From assembly GCA_001781205.1 (NCBI GenBank), contig MFLE01000018.1, positions 1 through 56,799 of the forward strand: a DNA stretch of 56,799 bases, in the 5' to 3' direction. The stretch is from Candidatus Kaiserbacteria bacterium RIFCSPHIGHO2_02_FULL_49_34. GTDB lineage: Bacteria; Patescibacteriota; Minisyncoccia; Phycocordibacterales; UBA918. Shown here piece by piece: positions 8,093 through 15,945 of this stretch (position 1 is the first letter of the stretch; each line of letters begins with the position of its first letter). The notes under the pieces were generated by a model. It had not been told where the DNA came from and searched no databases. It saw only the letters and a program-made list of their open reading frames with translations. Both the position numbers and the translations under genes were made by a program.

Positions 8093-8172
8093 GTGCTCTA
8101 TGTGCTCTGTAAAAAACCTCAGACGCATAACTTGTTGGTTCGTAACATGTTAACAATCAGAGAACCCAAGAG

Positions 8173-8181
8173 TTATCCACA
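8173..8181 (+). promoter_or_regulatory. DnaA box consensus
   Basis: Exact TTATCCACA in intergenic DNA upstream of the histone-like gene and dnaX. Confidence 0.45.
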
Positions 8182-8277
8182 GGTTGACGCTTGGAGTTTT
8201 TTCAAAATGACTGCATACTATATGGAAGCAGAAATTCTCTGCGGTCGAGATTATAAACATGTTAACTATACGTTCCC

Positions 8278-8478
8278 ATGGTAATGAAAAAGCCTGCAGC
8301 TAAAAAAGCTGTAAAGAAGGTTGCCAAGAAAGTAGCTAAGAAGGTTGTCAAGAAGGCACCAGCTAAGAAGGTTGCGAAGAAGGTTGTTGTCAAGAAGGCA
8401 CCAGCTAAGAAAGTAGCCAAGAAGGTTGTCAAGAAGGCACCAGCTAAGAAGGTTGCGAAGAAGACCGCAAAGAAGTAG
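8278..8478 (+). CDS. Histone H1-like Lys/Ala/Val/Pro-rich basic protein
   Basis: KKAPAKKVAKKVV repeats, only K/A/V/P/T/M residues; followed by terminator; start may be 8284. Confidence 0.8.
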   Translation: MVMKKPAAKKAVKKVAKKVAKKVVKKAPAKKVAKKVVVKKAPAKKVAKKVVKKAPAKKVAKKTAKK

Positions 8479-8493
8479 TCTCTTCGTCTACTC

Positions 8494-8528
8494 GAAAAAT
8501 ACCATGATGCTCTACATGGTATTTTTTC
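8494..8528 (+). terminator. Intrinsic terminator
   Basis: GAAAAATACCATG-loop-CATGGTATTTTTTC. Confidence 0.75.
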
Positions 8529-8653
8529 TATAACTACCCAGACTCCCCAACTACTTCGTTGCCGTTGTTATTTTTCTCCTCACCGTACTTAGGTACGGCT
8601 CCGAGAAAAATAACAACAGCGCCTCGTATTTGGAAAGTCTGGACAGTTATAGA
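8527..8653. repeat. Rod-like imperfect palindromic element (MITE/REP-like)
   Basis: Nested inverted repeats TCTATAACT/AGTTATAGA, CCAGACT/AGTCTGG, TGTTATTTTTCTC/GAGAAAAATAACA, apical CCGTAC-TTAG-GTACGG; apical motif recurs at 22358-22375. Confidence 0.75.
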
Positions 8654-8704
8654 TTGCTTACGTTTGATTTTGTGCAGTAATCTGTGCATGGTATACTGCA
8701 GGCT

Positions 8705-9718
8705 ATGGAACATACAACACTCTATCGGAAATATCGCCCACAGCACTTTACGGATGTAAAGTCACAGGACCATGTGGTGCAGGTGTTGCAGGCGTCAATT
8801 GTGAAAGGAGCGATACCACACGCGATACTCTTTGTAGGAACGCGGGGCACAGGCAAGACAACCCTTGCCCGTATTTTTGCTCGTGAGCTTGGAGTTGCTG
8901 ATGAAGACCTGTATGAACTCGACGCAGCATCAAACAACTCCGTTGAAAACATTCGTGAGCTTAATGAGGCGGTTGTCTCACTCCCGTTTCTCTCTCCTTA
9001 TAAAGTGTATATTCTCGACGAAGTTCACATGCTCTCGAAGAGTGCTTGGAATGCATTTTTAAAAACACTCGAAGAGCCACCACGACATGTTGTCTTTATG
9101 ATGGCGACCACTGAACTTGAGAAGGTTCCTGAGACCGTACTCTCGCGCTGCCAAGTTTTTTCACTCAATGAACCCGATCGTGCCGCAATCGCAGCGCTTA
9201 TCAATGATGTCTTTGCGCGCGAACAGGTGTTACTGCCTACAGGGGTTGCGGATATGATTGCAATTGCAGCAAACGGTTCGTATCGTGATGCGCTTTCTAT
9301 TGCGCAAAATGTACTGCTTGTTGCGGAGAATGGCGTTGTCTCTGCTGCCATGGCTGCGCAAACAATTGGTGCGCCAACCAGTATGGTTGTACACTCCGCA
9401 CTCGAAGCACTTGCAGAGGGCGATGTACAGAAGTCACTTGAAGCACTTACTAAGGTTCAGACACAGTCTGCGAGTATGGATCTTTTTGCAACATTACTCA
9501 TTGAGCGGGTTCGTGCCATTATGCTTGCACGCGCAACAAAAAATACTACGGTCCTTGAAGCATATGGTGAAGAAGCGAGCACTCTTCTTCCCATGCTGAC
9601 AAATGCACGCATAAATTCAAAGATGCTCCTGCGCCTTCTTGACGCGCGGCAGGGGATTGGTACAAGCTCCATCCCTTCGATAGCACTCGAATGTGCGTTT
9701 GTTGAATTATGCGAGTAA
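8705..9718 (+). CDS. dnaX: DNA polymerase III subunit gamma/tau (short form)
   Basis: LYRKYRP, Walker A GTRGTGKTT, ELDAASN, ILDEVHML, LKTLEEPP, SRC motifs. Confidence 0.93.
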   Translation: MEHTTLYRKYRPQHFTDVKSQDHVVQVLQASIVKGAIPHAILFVGTRGTGKTTLARIFARELGVADEDLYELDAASNNSVENIRELNEAVVSLPFLSPYKVYILDEVHMLSKSAWNAFLKTLEEPPRHVVFMMATTELEKVPETVLSRCQVFSLNEPDRAAIAALINDVFAREQVLLPTGVADMIAIAANGSYRDALSIAQNVLLVAENGVVSAAMAAQTIGAPTSMVVHSALEALAEGDVQKSLEALTKVQTQSASMDLFATLLIERVRAIMLARATKNTTVLEAYGEEASTLLPMLTNARINSKMLLRLLDARQGIGTSSIPSIALECAFVELCE

Positions 9719-10317
9719 TAGTGGTTCGTCATGGGAAGACGGAGCTCGGTGCATCACATCGATTTCAGTCGCCAAATACACCTCTTTCAGCACAAGGTGC
9801 AGAAGCTGTCATGCAGTGTGCGAACACGCTTGCACAAGAACGTGTTACGAAGGTGTATACGAGTGGATACCAGCGTGCTGTTGAGACTGCGCAAGTAATT
9901 GCGAAGCGGCACGCTCTCGTCCCTCAGGAACATAAACTCTTTTTTGAGAAATATAATAGCAGCGCCGTCATAGGACGTTCGTATGTTTCCGTACCGTTCC
10001 TTGTACTGGGGCTTACCACGATCGCACATCTTTTTGTTCGTCAGGCAAAATACAAGGATGAAGAGACTCTTGATGAACTCTGGGAGCGTGCAAATGAAGC
10101 ACGGGCGTACCTTTCCGGTGAGGCGAAGCACGAAGATACGGTAATCGTTGTCTCACACGCACTTTGGATAGCGGCGTTTCTTGGTGCCTGTGAGAAGGAA
10201 CGTCCTCGAATCATACGGTACGTGATACTCGTTCTCCGTGCGCTCTGCATGAGAAATACACAACAATACGTGCTTGAGCTTGATAATGTGACGAAAGCAT
10301 GGAAAAGGTTAAAATAA
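9709..10317 (+). CDS. Histidine phosphatase family protein
   Basis: N-terminal VVRHG, RAVETA and VVSH motifs; overlaps dnaX end. Confidence 0.85.
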   Translation: MRVIVVRHGKTELGASHRFQSPNTPLSAQGAEAVMQCANTLAQERVTKVYTSGYQRAVETAQVIAKRHALVPQEHKLFFEKYNSSAVIGRSYVSVPFLVLGLTTIAHLFVRQAKYKDEETLDELWERANEARAYLSGEAKHEDTVIVVSHALWIAAFLGACEKERPRIIRYVILVLRALCMRNTQQYVLELDNVTKAWKRLK

Positions 10318-10399
10318 TTTTTCTCAGGGGAAAGACTTTATTTTTTCTTTAACTCTCGAGGTAGATACTAGAGAGGTAACAATAAGAAAAATAAAGACC

Positions 10400-10528
10400 A
10401 TGAGTGATTATAAAGAGTACCGCTGCGACTGTCATAAACTGCTTTTCCGCGGCAATCTTACTGGAGATACCGCTGTTGAAGTCAAGTGTAAGCGGTGTGG
10501 TTCCATTAACACCTACGCAGCTTCTTAA
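10400..10528 (+). CDS. Small zinc-ribbon protein, Mu Com-like (42 aa, below ORF-track cutoff)
   Basis: MSDYKEYRCDCHKLLFRGNLTGDTAVEVKCKRCGSINTYAAS: RC-x-C-x-KLL and EVKC-x-RC-xx-IN pattern; followed by terminator. Confidence 0.8.
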   Translation: MSDYKEYRCDCHKLLFRGNLTGDTAVEVKCKRCGSINTYAAS

Positions 10529-10551
10529 TATGTATACAAGTGAGGCAACGT

Positions 10552-10582
10552 AAATCGCTCAGAGTTATCGAGCGATTTTTTT
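10552..10582 (+). terminator. Intrinsic terminator
   Basis: AAATCGCTC-loop-GAGCGATTTTTTT. Confidence 0.7.
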
Positions 10583-10672
10583 ATCTTTCAAACGAGTGAG
10601 TGTCGTAGCCAAGTCGAAACGCTAGCTGAGATTTGGATATGACCGAACGAGAGCAGAAAGAAGCGAAGCGTC
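10583..10672. repeat. Dispersed structured repeat with variable central hairpin, copy 1
   Basis: ATCTTTCAAACGAGyGAG...AACGAGAGCAGAAAGAAGCGAAGCGTC shared with 22269-22353. Confidence 0.8.
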
Positions 10673-11210
10673 AGTCTATATCATTTGCTGAGGTGTAAAC
10701 ATCTTGAACATCAGGGTGTTCTTCGAGCTTTTCAACAAGTTCACCGAGTTTTTCTGCGTCGCCATCAGAAAGGTCGACGGGCATGGTTGGTAGGTAGCCG
10801 TCACTTGTTTTTTGAAATGCCCATGAGCTACTTCCTGGGGTACCAAGTGTGTAGCCATTTTTACTCAAGAGATGGCGAATTTCTTGTGAGGTTCGATTGG
10901 TGTTGTCTGTGAAGCCGGTAATAATAATGGCAACACCACCAGGACCGAAAGTTTCGTAGGCGACCTCCTCAATAGAAGCGCCACCTGCACCCGTGCCTTT
11001 TGCGACAGCGCGGTCTATGTTTTCCTTCGGCATATTGTCTCGCTTTGCACGTTCAATTGCGTTTGTAAGGGCGGGGGATGCAAGATTACCCGCCGCCTCA
11101 CGTGAAGCAATAGCAATAAGTGCTGCATGCTTTGAAAAGATTTTACTACGCTTGGCGTCGGTTGCGCCTTTTTGTCGTTTAATTTGACTCCATTTATTAT
11201 GACCTGACAT
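10671..11210 (-). CDS. yebC: YebC/PmpR family protein (short, 179 aa)
   Basis: MSGHNKWSQIK start, NMPKENIDRA, YETFGPGGVA, TDNTNRT, DVQDVY motifs. Confidence 0.92.
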   Translation of the reverse strand: MSGHNKWSQIKRQKGATDAKRSKIFSKHAALIAIASREAAGNLASPALTNAIERAKRDNMPKENIDRAVAKGTGAGGASIEEVAYETFGPGGVAIIITGFTDNTNRTSQEIRHLLSKNGYTLGTPGSSSWAFQKTSDGYLPTMPVDLSDGDAEKLGELVEKLEEHPDVQDVYTSANDID

Positions 11211-11253
11211 AAACGTTTCGTGTTTTATTTTGAGGGTTTGTTGCCTCAAGGTG

Positions 11254-12234
11254 TTAAAGATTAATTTCTGAGAGATGCTTTTGTGCATCTGCCGTTGCGA
11301 TGCGTCCGCGCGGGGTTCGTTCGAGGAAGCCTTCACGGATGAGGTAGGGTTCGAGGACGTCCTCAACGGTTGATTCTTCTTCGCCAGTTGCAGCAGCGAT
11401 GGTGTTGAGACCGACAGGACCTCCTCGGAATTTGTAGATAATCGCTTCAAGGACACGACGGTCTGGTGCGTGGAGTCCGCGATGGTCGATTTCGAGAAGT
11501 CCGAAGGTGCGCTCGACAATGTCATCGGTGATTGCACTACTATCAAGCTGTGCCAAGTCGCGGCAACGCTTGAGAAGATAGTTTGCGGTACGTGGCGTTG
11601 AGCGGCAGCGCGTTGCAATTGCGGCAAGTACACCATCTGCAAGTTCTGTCTCGAGAAGATGGGCAGAGCGTCTGAGGATTTCTGCAATCTCGTCATCGCT
11701 ATAGAATTCGAGTCGGAAGGTTCCTCCCGAGAAACGTGAGCGGAGGGGGCTTGATAATAGTGACATTCGTGTTGTTGCAGCAACCAGGGTGAAGGGCGGA
11801 AGTTCGAGCTGCACGGTGCGTGCCGACGGACCTTTGCCGATGATAATGTCGAGCACACCAGACTCCATCGCTGGGTAGAGTACTTCCTCAATAGATTTTG
11901 AGAGTCGGTGGATTTCATCGATGAAGAGTACGTCGCCAGGGGAGAGGTTGGTGAGAATTGCCGCAAGGTCACCGACACGTTCAATGGCTGGACCCGACGT
12001 TGTTCTCATGTTTGTCCCGAGCGTACGCGCAATAAGATTTGCAAGTGTTGTTTTCCCGAGTCCTGGAGGTCCATACAGCAAAATATGTTCCGCTGCATGC
12101 CCACGTTCGCGCGCTGCCGTCAGTAAAATACGGAGATTCTCCTTTATTTTTGCTTGCCCAATGTATTCATCCCACTCTTTTGGGCGAAGTGTTTGGTCGA
12201 GATTTGACGCGTGGTCTTTAGTAAACGTTGCCAT
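11254..12234 (-). CDS. ruvB: Holliday junction branch migration helicase RuvB
   Basis: [35 protein letters not shown] motifs. Confidence 0.97.
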   Translation of the reverse strand: MATFTKDHASNLDQTLRPKEWDEYIGQAKIKENLRILLTAARERGHAAEHILLYGPPGLGKTTLANLIARTLGTNMRTTSGPAIERVGDLAAILTNLSPGDVLFIDEIHRLSKSIEEVLYPAMESGVLDIIIGKGPSARTVQLELPPFTLVAATTRMSLLSSPLRSRFSGGTFRLEFYSDDEIAEILRRSAHLLETELADGVLAAIATRCRSTPRTANYLLKRCRDLAQLDSSAITDDIVERTFGLLEIDHRGLHAPDRRVLEAIIYKFRGGPVGLNTIAAATGEEESTVEDVLEPYLIREGFLERTPRGRIATADAQKHLSEINL

Positions 12235-12353
12235 GAAGGCAGTATACCGTATATGCTACCGAGTATCCAGCACGGTAGAGAAGGCCTCGCAGAACTTGAC
12301 GATAAAGATTATTTATGTTTAAATGCGCACACGACAATTTTGAGGAGAATATC

Positions 12354-12644
12354 ATGATGCCACTCCAGTCTCTTGATTTGCGAAAACCTGCAGAGGTACT
12401 CAGCTTTCTATGTGGACTTCAGGAGCTCAGTTGTCATGCAGAGATTGATATCGAAAGCATGTTATGTACGTTCGCGGAGCTCGGATATGAACCATGTGAA
12501 CACGCCGTTTGTGCAGACAATGCAGCACTCCCGCAATGGATTATTGCCGATGCGCTCAGCTCACTTCAAAAAAACGGATTTATTCATCCGAATATCCATC
12601 AGCATGTGCAATGGTGTCGGGAGAATAATTTACTTGCTCTTTAA
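12354..12644 (+). CDS. Hypothetical protein
   Basis: GAGGAG Shine-Dalgarno before ATG 12354; hairpin 12649-12672 after stop. Confidence 0.6.
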   Translation: MMPLQSLDLRKPAEVLSFLCGLQELSCHAEIDIESMLCTFAELGYEPCEHAVCADNAALPQWIIADALSSLQKNGFIHPNIHQHVQWCRENNLLAL

Positions 12645-12721
12645 CCCCAGCGCGGAATGTATTCCGCGCTTTCTTGTGCCCGAAGTGTTTTTTTAAAGGA
12701 ATTCCTGTATACTTCTTATAT

Positions 12722-13210
12722 ATGTTGAAAGAAAGTTTCGCTGCAGAGCGAGCGTGGCGCTCTGGTCCAGGCATTGCCGATGGCGAAGATATTGAAAAGG
12801 GCGTGCTTGGTGCACCAGTCTTGAAGCCTCGGGAGAAAATGCCTGAGGAATATATGGCATACAAAGACGCTGTTGCATGGGTGCGGGAACATCAGCCTGA
12901 TGCGTTTTCTCGCTCAAAACTTATTAAGAATCTACGTACACGTGTGGCAGAGCTTTGCACGAACATTGATGAGCCGGTAAAATTTTATACCGCAGTCGGA
13001 ACACCGCTTGATATCTACCATGGTGTTGATGCGTTCTTTGCGCAAGGGCACAAGATTGCGACGGTCGATCTTTCAATGAAGGAGAAAGAGAATTATAAGG
13101 CAGATGTACTCATGACCGTTGCCTTTGATAGTAATGGTGAACCCGTGTCGACTGAGCGAGCACTTCAAATGACCGCAGAAGCAATTGCAGATACTTTGAA
13201 TCGAGCGTAA
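12722..13210 (+). CDS. Hypothetical protein
   Basis: ORF with FYTAVGTPLDIYHGVDAFF segment; TATACT 8 nt upstream of ATG. Confidence 0.65.
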   Translation: MLKESFAAERAWRSGPGIADGEDIEKGVLGAPVLKPREKMPEEYMAYKDAVAWVREHQPDAFSRSKLIKNLRTRVAELCTNIDEPVKFYTAVGTPLDIYHGVDAFFAQGHKIATVDLSMKEKENYKADVLMTVAFDSNGEPVSTERALQMTAEAIADTLNRA

Positions 13211-13283
13211 AAGAAGCATGTCTTTGATGCCTTCATGGGGGTACGTAATTTTTCGTAAAACTCATGGTATACTTCGTACAATC

Positions 13284-15392
13284 ATGGCATCTATTGATCC
13301 AGAACGAATTACGTATTTTGCAGAAACAGATGCTCGCGGGAAGCGGGTACCTTTTGGTATTCGTGCGAAGGATAGGACGCGGCACGTATATGTAATTGGA
13401 AAGTCCGGTATGGGAAAGTCGACACTGCTTGAAAACATGGCGGTGCAGGATATTCGTAACGGCGAAGGTTTTGCATTTATCGACCCACACGGACAGTCTG
13501 CCGATGCTATTATGCGGCACATTCCGCAGGAGCGCTTGAAGGACGTGCTCTATTTTAATCCATCAGACCTTGCGAATCCGGTGGCATTCAATGTGCTTGA
13601 AAAGGTAGACCCTGACAAGCGGTTTTTAGTAGTGGCAGGGCTGATGTCGGTCTTTAAAAAGATTTGGGTTGACGCATGGTCGGCACGTATGGAGTACTTG
13701 CTGCAGTATACACTTTCGGCGCTTCTTGAATATCCCGACGCAACGCTTCTTGGTGTAAACCGTATGCTTTCTGAAAAAGGTTACCGCGATGCAGTAGTCG
13801 CACACGTAACCGACCCTGCTGTGAAGTCATTCTGGCAAGACGAGTATGCAAAATATTCTGAGAAATATGCGCAAGAAGCAGGTGACGCGATTAAAAATAA
13901 GATTGGACAATTTACCTCGAATCCCGTGGTGCGTAACATTATTGGGCAGCCGCATACAAGTTTTAATCTCCGCAAGTTCATGGACGAACGCAAGATTCTT
14001 ATCGTAAACCTTTCAAAAGGACTCATCGGAGAATCAAACGCAAACCTGCTTGGTTCGATGCTTACCACAAGTCTTTACCTCGCAGCAATGAGTCGTGCTG
14101 ATTTGTCACCGCGTGAACATGCTGCTGCACCGAACTTTTACTTTTATGTTGACGAATTTCAGTCCTTTGCGAATGCCACGTTTGCGAACATTTTGTCTGA
14201 AGCTCGCAAATATAAGCTTAACCTCACCATTGCACACCAATATGTCGACCAGATGGAGGAGGATGTACGGAACGCTGTGTTCGGCAACGTAGGTACGACA
14301 ATTACCTTTCGTGTTGGGCCGCTCGATGCGGAAGTGCTCGAAAAAATGTTCGAGCCGACCTTTATGGCGACCGATATTGTGTCGCTGGGCTTTGCGCAGA
14401 TCTACCTTACTATGATGATTGACGGCATCGGGTCACCACCTTTTTCTGCGAAGACGCTCCCCCCAATTCGCGAGCCAGAGACAACGTACTATGATGTTGC
14501 TATTGCAGAAAGTCGTAAACAATTTAGCTCACCACGTACCGAAGCTGAAGTAAACGTGAGCGCTTTTTATGCAGAACAATTTGCCTCGGCGTCATCGGCA
14601 AAGAAAGACTTTAAAAAAGATTTTAGGCGGGATACTCCGCGAGAAGGCGCTTCGCATACGCAGAGTGCTCGTCGTACGCCCGAAGAGCGTACTGTTATTA
14701 CCGAGGAGGAGAAAGCGCAACATAAAGATGACTTACGTGCAATCCTTTCAGGAATACAAGATGCTCCGAAAAAGGCATCTGAGCCTGAACAAGTGCCTGC
14801 AGTTCGCGAAGAAGTTGACAAAATTGAGAATCGTGTTACTTCAAAACCCCTGCAACAGGAAGAAATTAGAAAAGAAACGGTCCATACCGAACGAGAACAG
14901 CGCGAGCACGTACCCCGCGGCGATGTTCCTCGAAAAGTTTCTGAGCACTCACGAAGTCGTCAAGATCGTGATTTGGGCAAGTACGGGAAAACCGTAGAAC
15001 GTGCTGAACGTATGCCTCGAAATGAGTCGAGAATACTGTCAGAAAAGCCAAAGCAGCACGATCTCAAAAATGCACTCGCTGCAGCACTCGCGGGGATTAC
15101 CGCTCCTGAAACTCCTTCTAAAAATGAGTCAGTCCCGGAGCCAGTAATTACACCAGTACCTGAAGTTGTCTCGGTTGTTATTGAACCGTCCGACGCGCCG
15201 AGTCTTCATGAAGAGGTTCTTGCAGAGTCGCATCCGCTCAAACCAAAAGATGTAGAAAAACTACGTGAGCACTTCGATGAGAAAGCAGCAGTGTTTGCTG
15301 CAACAAAACGCGCCCCACACGAGGTGTCACCGCAAGCACTCGCACATATGATGCGGATAACGCTGCGGGATAAAAAGAAACGGCCACAATAA
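13284..15392 (+). CDS. TraG/TraD/VirD4-like (HerA/FtsK superfamily) ATPase with long charged disordered tail
   Basis: HVYVIGKSGMGKST Walker A, FIDPHG, YVDEFQ Walker B, SEARKY, AHQY, GNVGT motifs. Confidence 0.88.
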   Translation: MASIDPERITYFAETDARGKRVPFGIRAKDRTRHVYVIGKSGMGKSTLLENMAVQDIRNGEGFAFIDPHGQSADAIMRHIPQERLKDVLYFNPSDLANPVAFNVLEKVDPDKRFLVVAGLMSVFKKIWVDAWSARMEYLLQYTLSALLEYPDATLLGVNRMLSEKGYRDAVVAHVTDPAVKSFWQDEYAKYSEKYAQEAGDAIKNKIGQFTSNPVVRNIIGQPHTSFNLRKFMDERKILIVNLSKGLIGESNANLLGSMLTTSLYLAAMSRADLSPREHAAAPNFYFYVDEFQSFANATFANILSEARKYKLNLTIAHQYVDQMEEDVRNAVFGNVGTTITFRVGPLDAEVLEKMFEPTFMATDIVSLGFAQIYLTMMIDGIGSPPFSAKTLPPIREPETTYYDVAIAESRKQFSSPRTEAEVNVSAFYAEQFASASSAKKDFKKDFRRDTPREGASHTQSARRTPEERTVITEEEKAQHKDDLRAILSGIQDAPKKASEPEQVPAVREEVDKIENRVTSKPLQQEEIRKETVHTEREQREHVPRGDVPRKVSEHSRSRQDRDLGKYGKTVERAERMPRNESRILSEKPKQHDLKNALAAALAGITAPETPSKNESVPEPVITPVPEVVSVVIEPSDAPSLHEEVLAESHPLKPKDVEKLREHFDEKAAVFAATKRAPHEVSPQALAHMMRITLRDKKKRPQ

Positions 15393-15404
15393 AATTCCCC
15401 TCCT

Positions 15405-15878
15405 ATGCTCACAAGCTTCCTTAACATACTTCTCGATTTCGCAACACTGCTTACGTTACTTGCAGTGTTTCTTGGTGTTTCCATGAAATGGGGAATAGAG
15501 TCACTGCGGCGCATTGCTGTTGCGTTGTATCTTGCGGTGATGTTGTGGCTTATGTTCCCGCACCATGAGCTTGTGTCATCGATTGTTGGGACAACAGCAG
15601 TCGCACGCGGATTATTCTTTGTATCTTTTTTTGTAGGGACGTATTGGCTTGCTTCATATTTTCTCCATCGGAGCTTTGAAAAACCTTTTGAGTTTTTCGG
15701 TAAAAAAATAATCTATGCTGTCGCCATTTCAGTACAGGTCATTATCATCGCAGTGCATATCATTACCTTTACCACATTCCCGCTCCTAAATTCGAGCGCG
15801 CTTCTGACACTGTTTGGTAATCCAGACGTCGCATTCTATTGGTTTGTTGCCCCTCTTATTTTGATTGCTATTTTTTAA
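15405..15878 (+). CDS. Hypothetical multi-pass membrane protein
   Basis: About 5 hydrophobic segments; directly follows the ATPase gene. Confidence 0.7.
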   Translation: MLTSFLNILLDFATLLTLLAVFLGVSMKWGIESLRRIAVALYLAVMLWLMFPHHELVSSIVGTTAVARGLFFVSFFVGTYWLASYFLHRSFEKPFEFFGKKIIYAVAISVQVIIIAVHIITFTTFPLLNSSALLTLFGNPDVAFYWFVAPLILIAIF

Positions 15879-15885
15879 AGATAAC

Positions 15886-15923
15886 GCAAGAAAACCAGCC
15901 TCTCCACAGGCTGGTTTTCTTGC
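15886..15923 (+). terminator. Intrinsic terminator
   Basis: GCAAGAAAACCAGC-loop-GCTGGTTTTCTTGC. Confidence 0.75.
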
Positions 15924-15945
15924 ATATATGGTACACTGTGTGCAC

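Noticed and set aside
8173-8181. Replication origin at the DnaA boxes (also 49036-49044)
   Set aside because: Single isolated boxes, no cluster, and no dnaA/dnaN nearby
10671-11984. 437-aa ORF extending yebC upstream across ruvB
   Set aside because: The extension overlaps ruvB in another frame with non-protein-like composition; the conserved YebC start MSGHNKW is at 11210 and no frameshift signal was seen
13284-15392. Conjugative element suggested by the TraG/VirD4-like ATPase
   Set aside because: No relaxase, VirB genes, integrase or att sites; native-type promoter and composition
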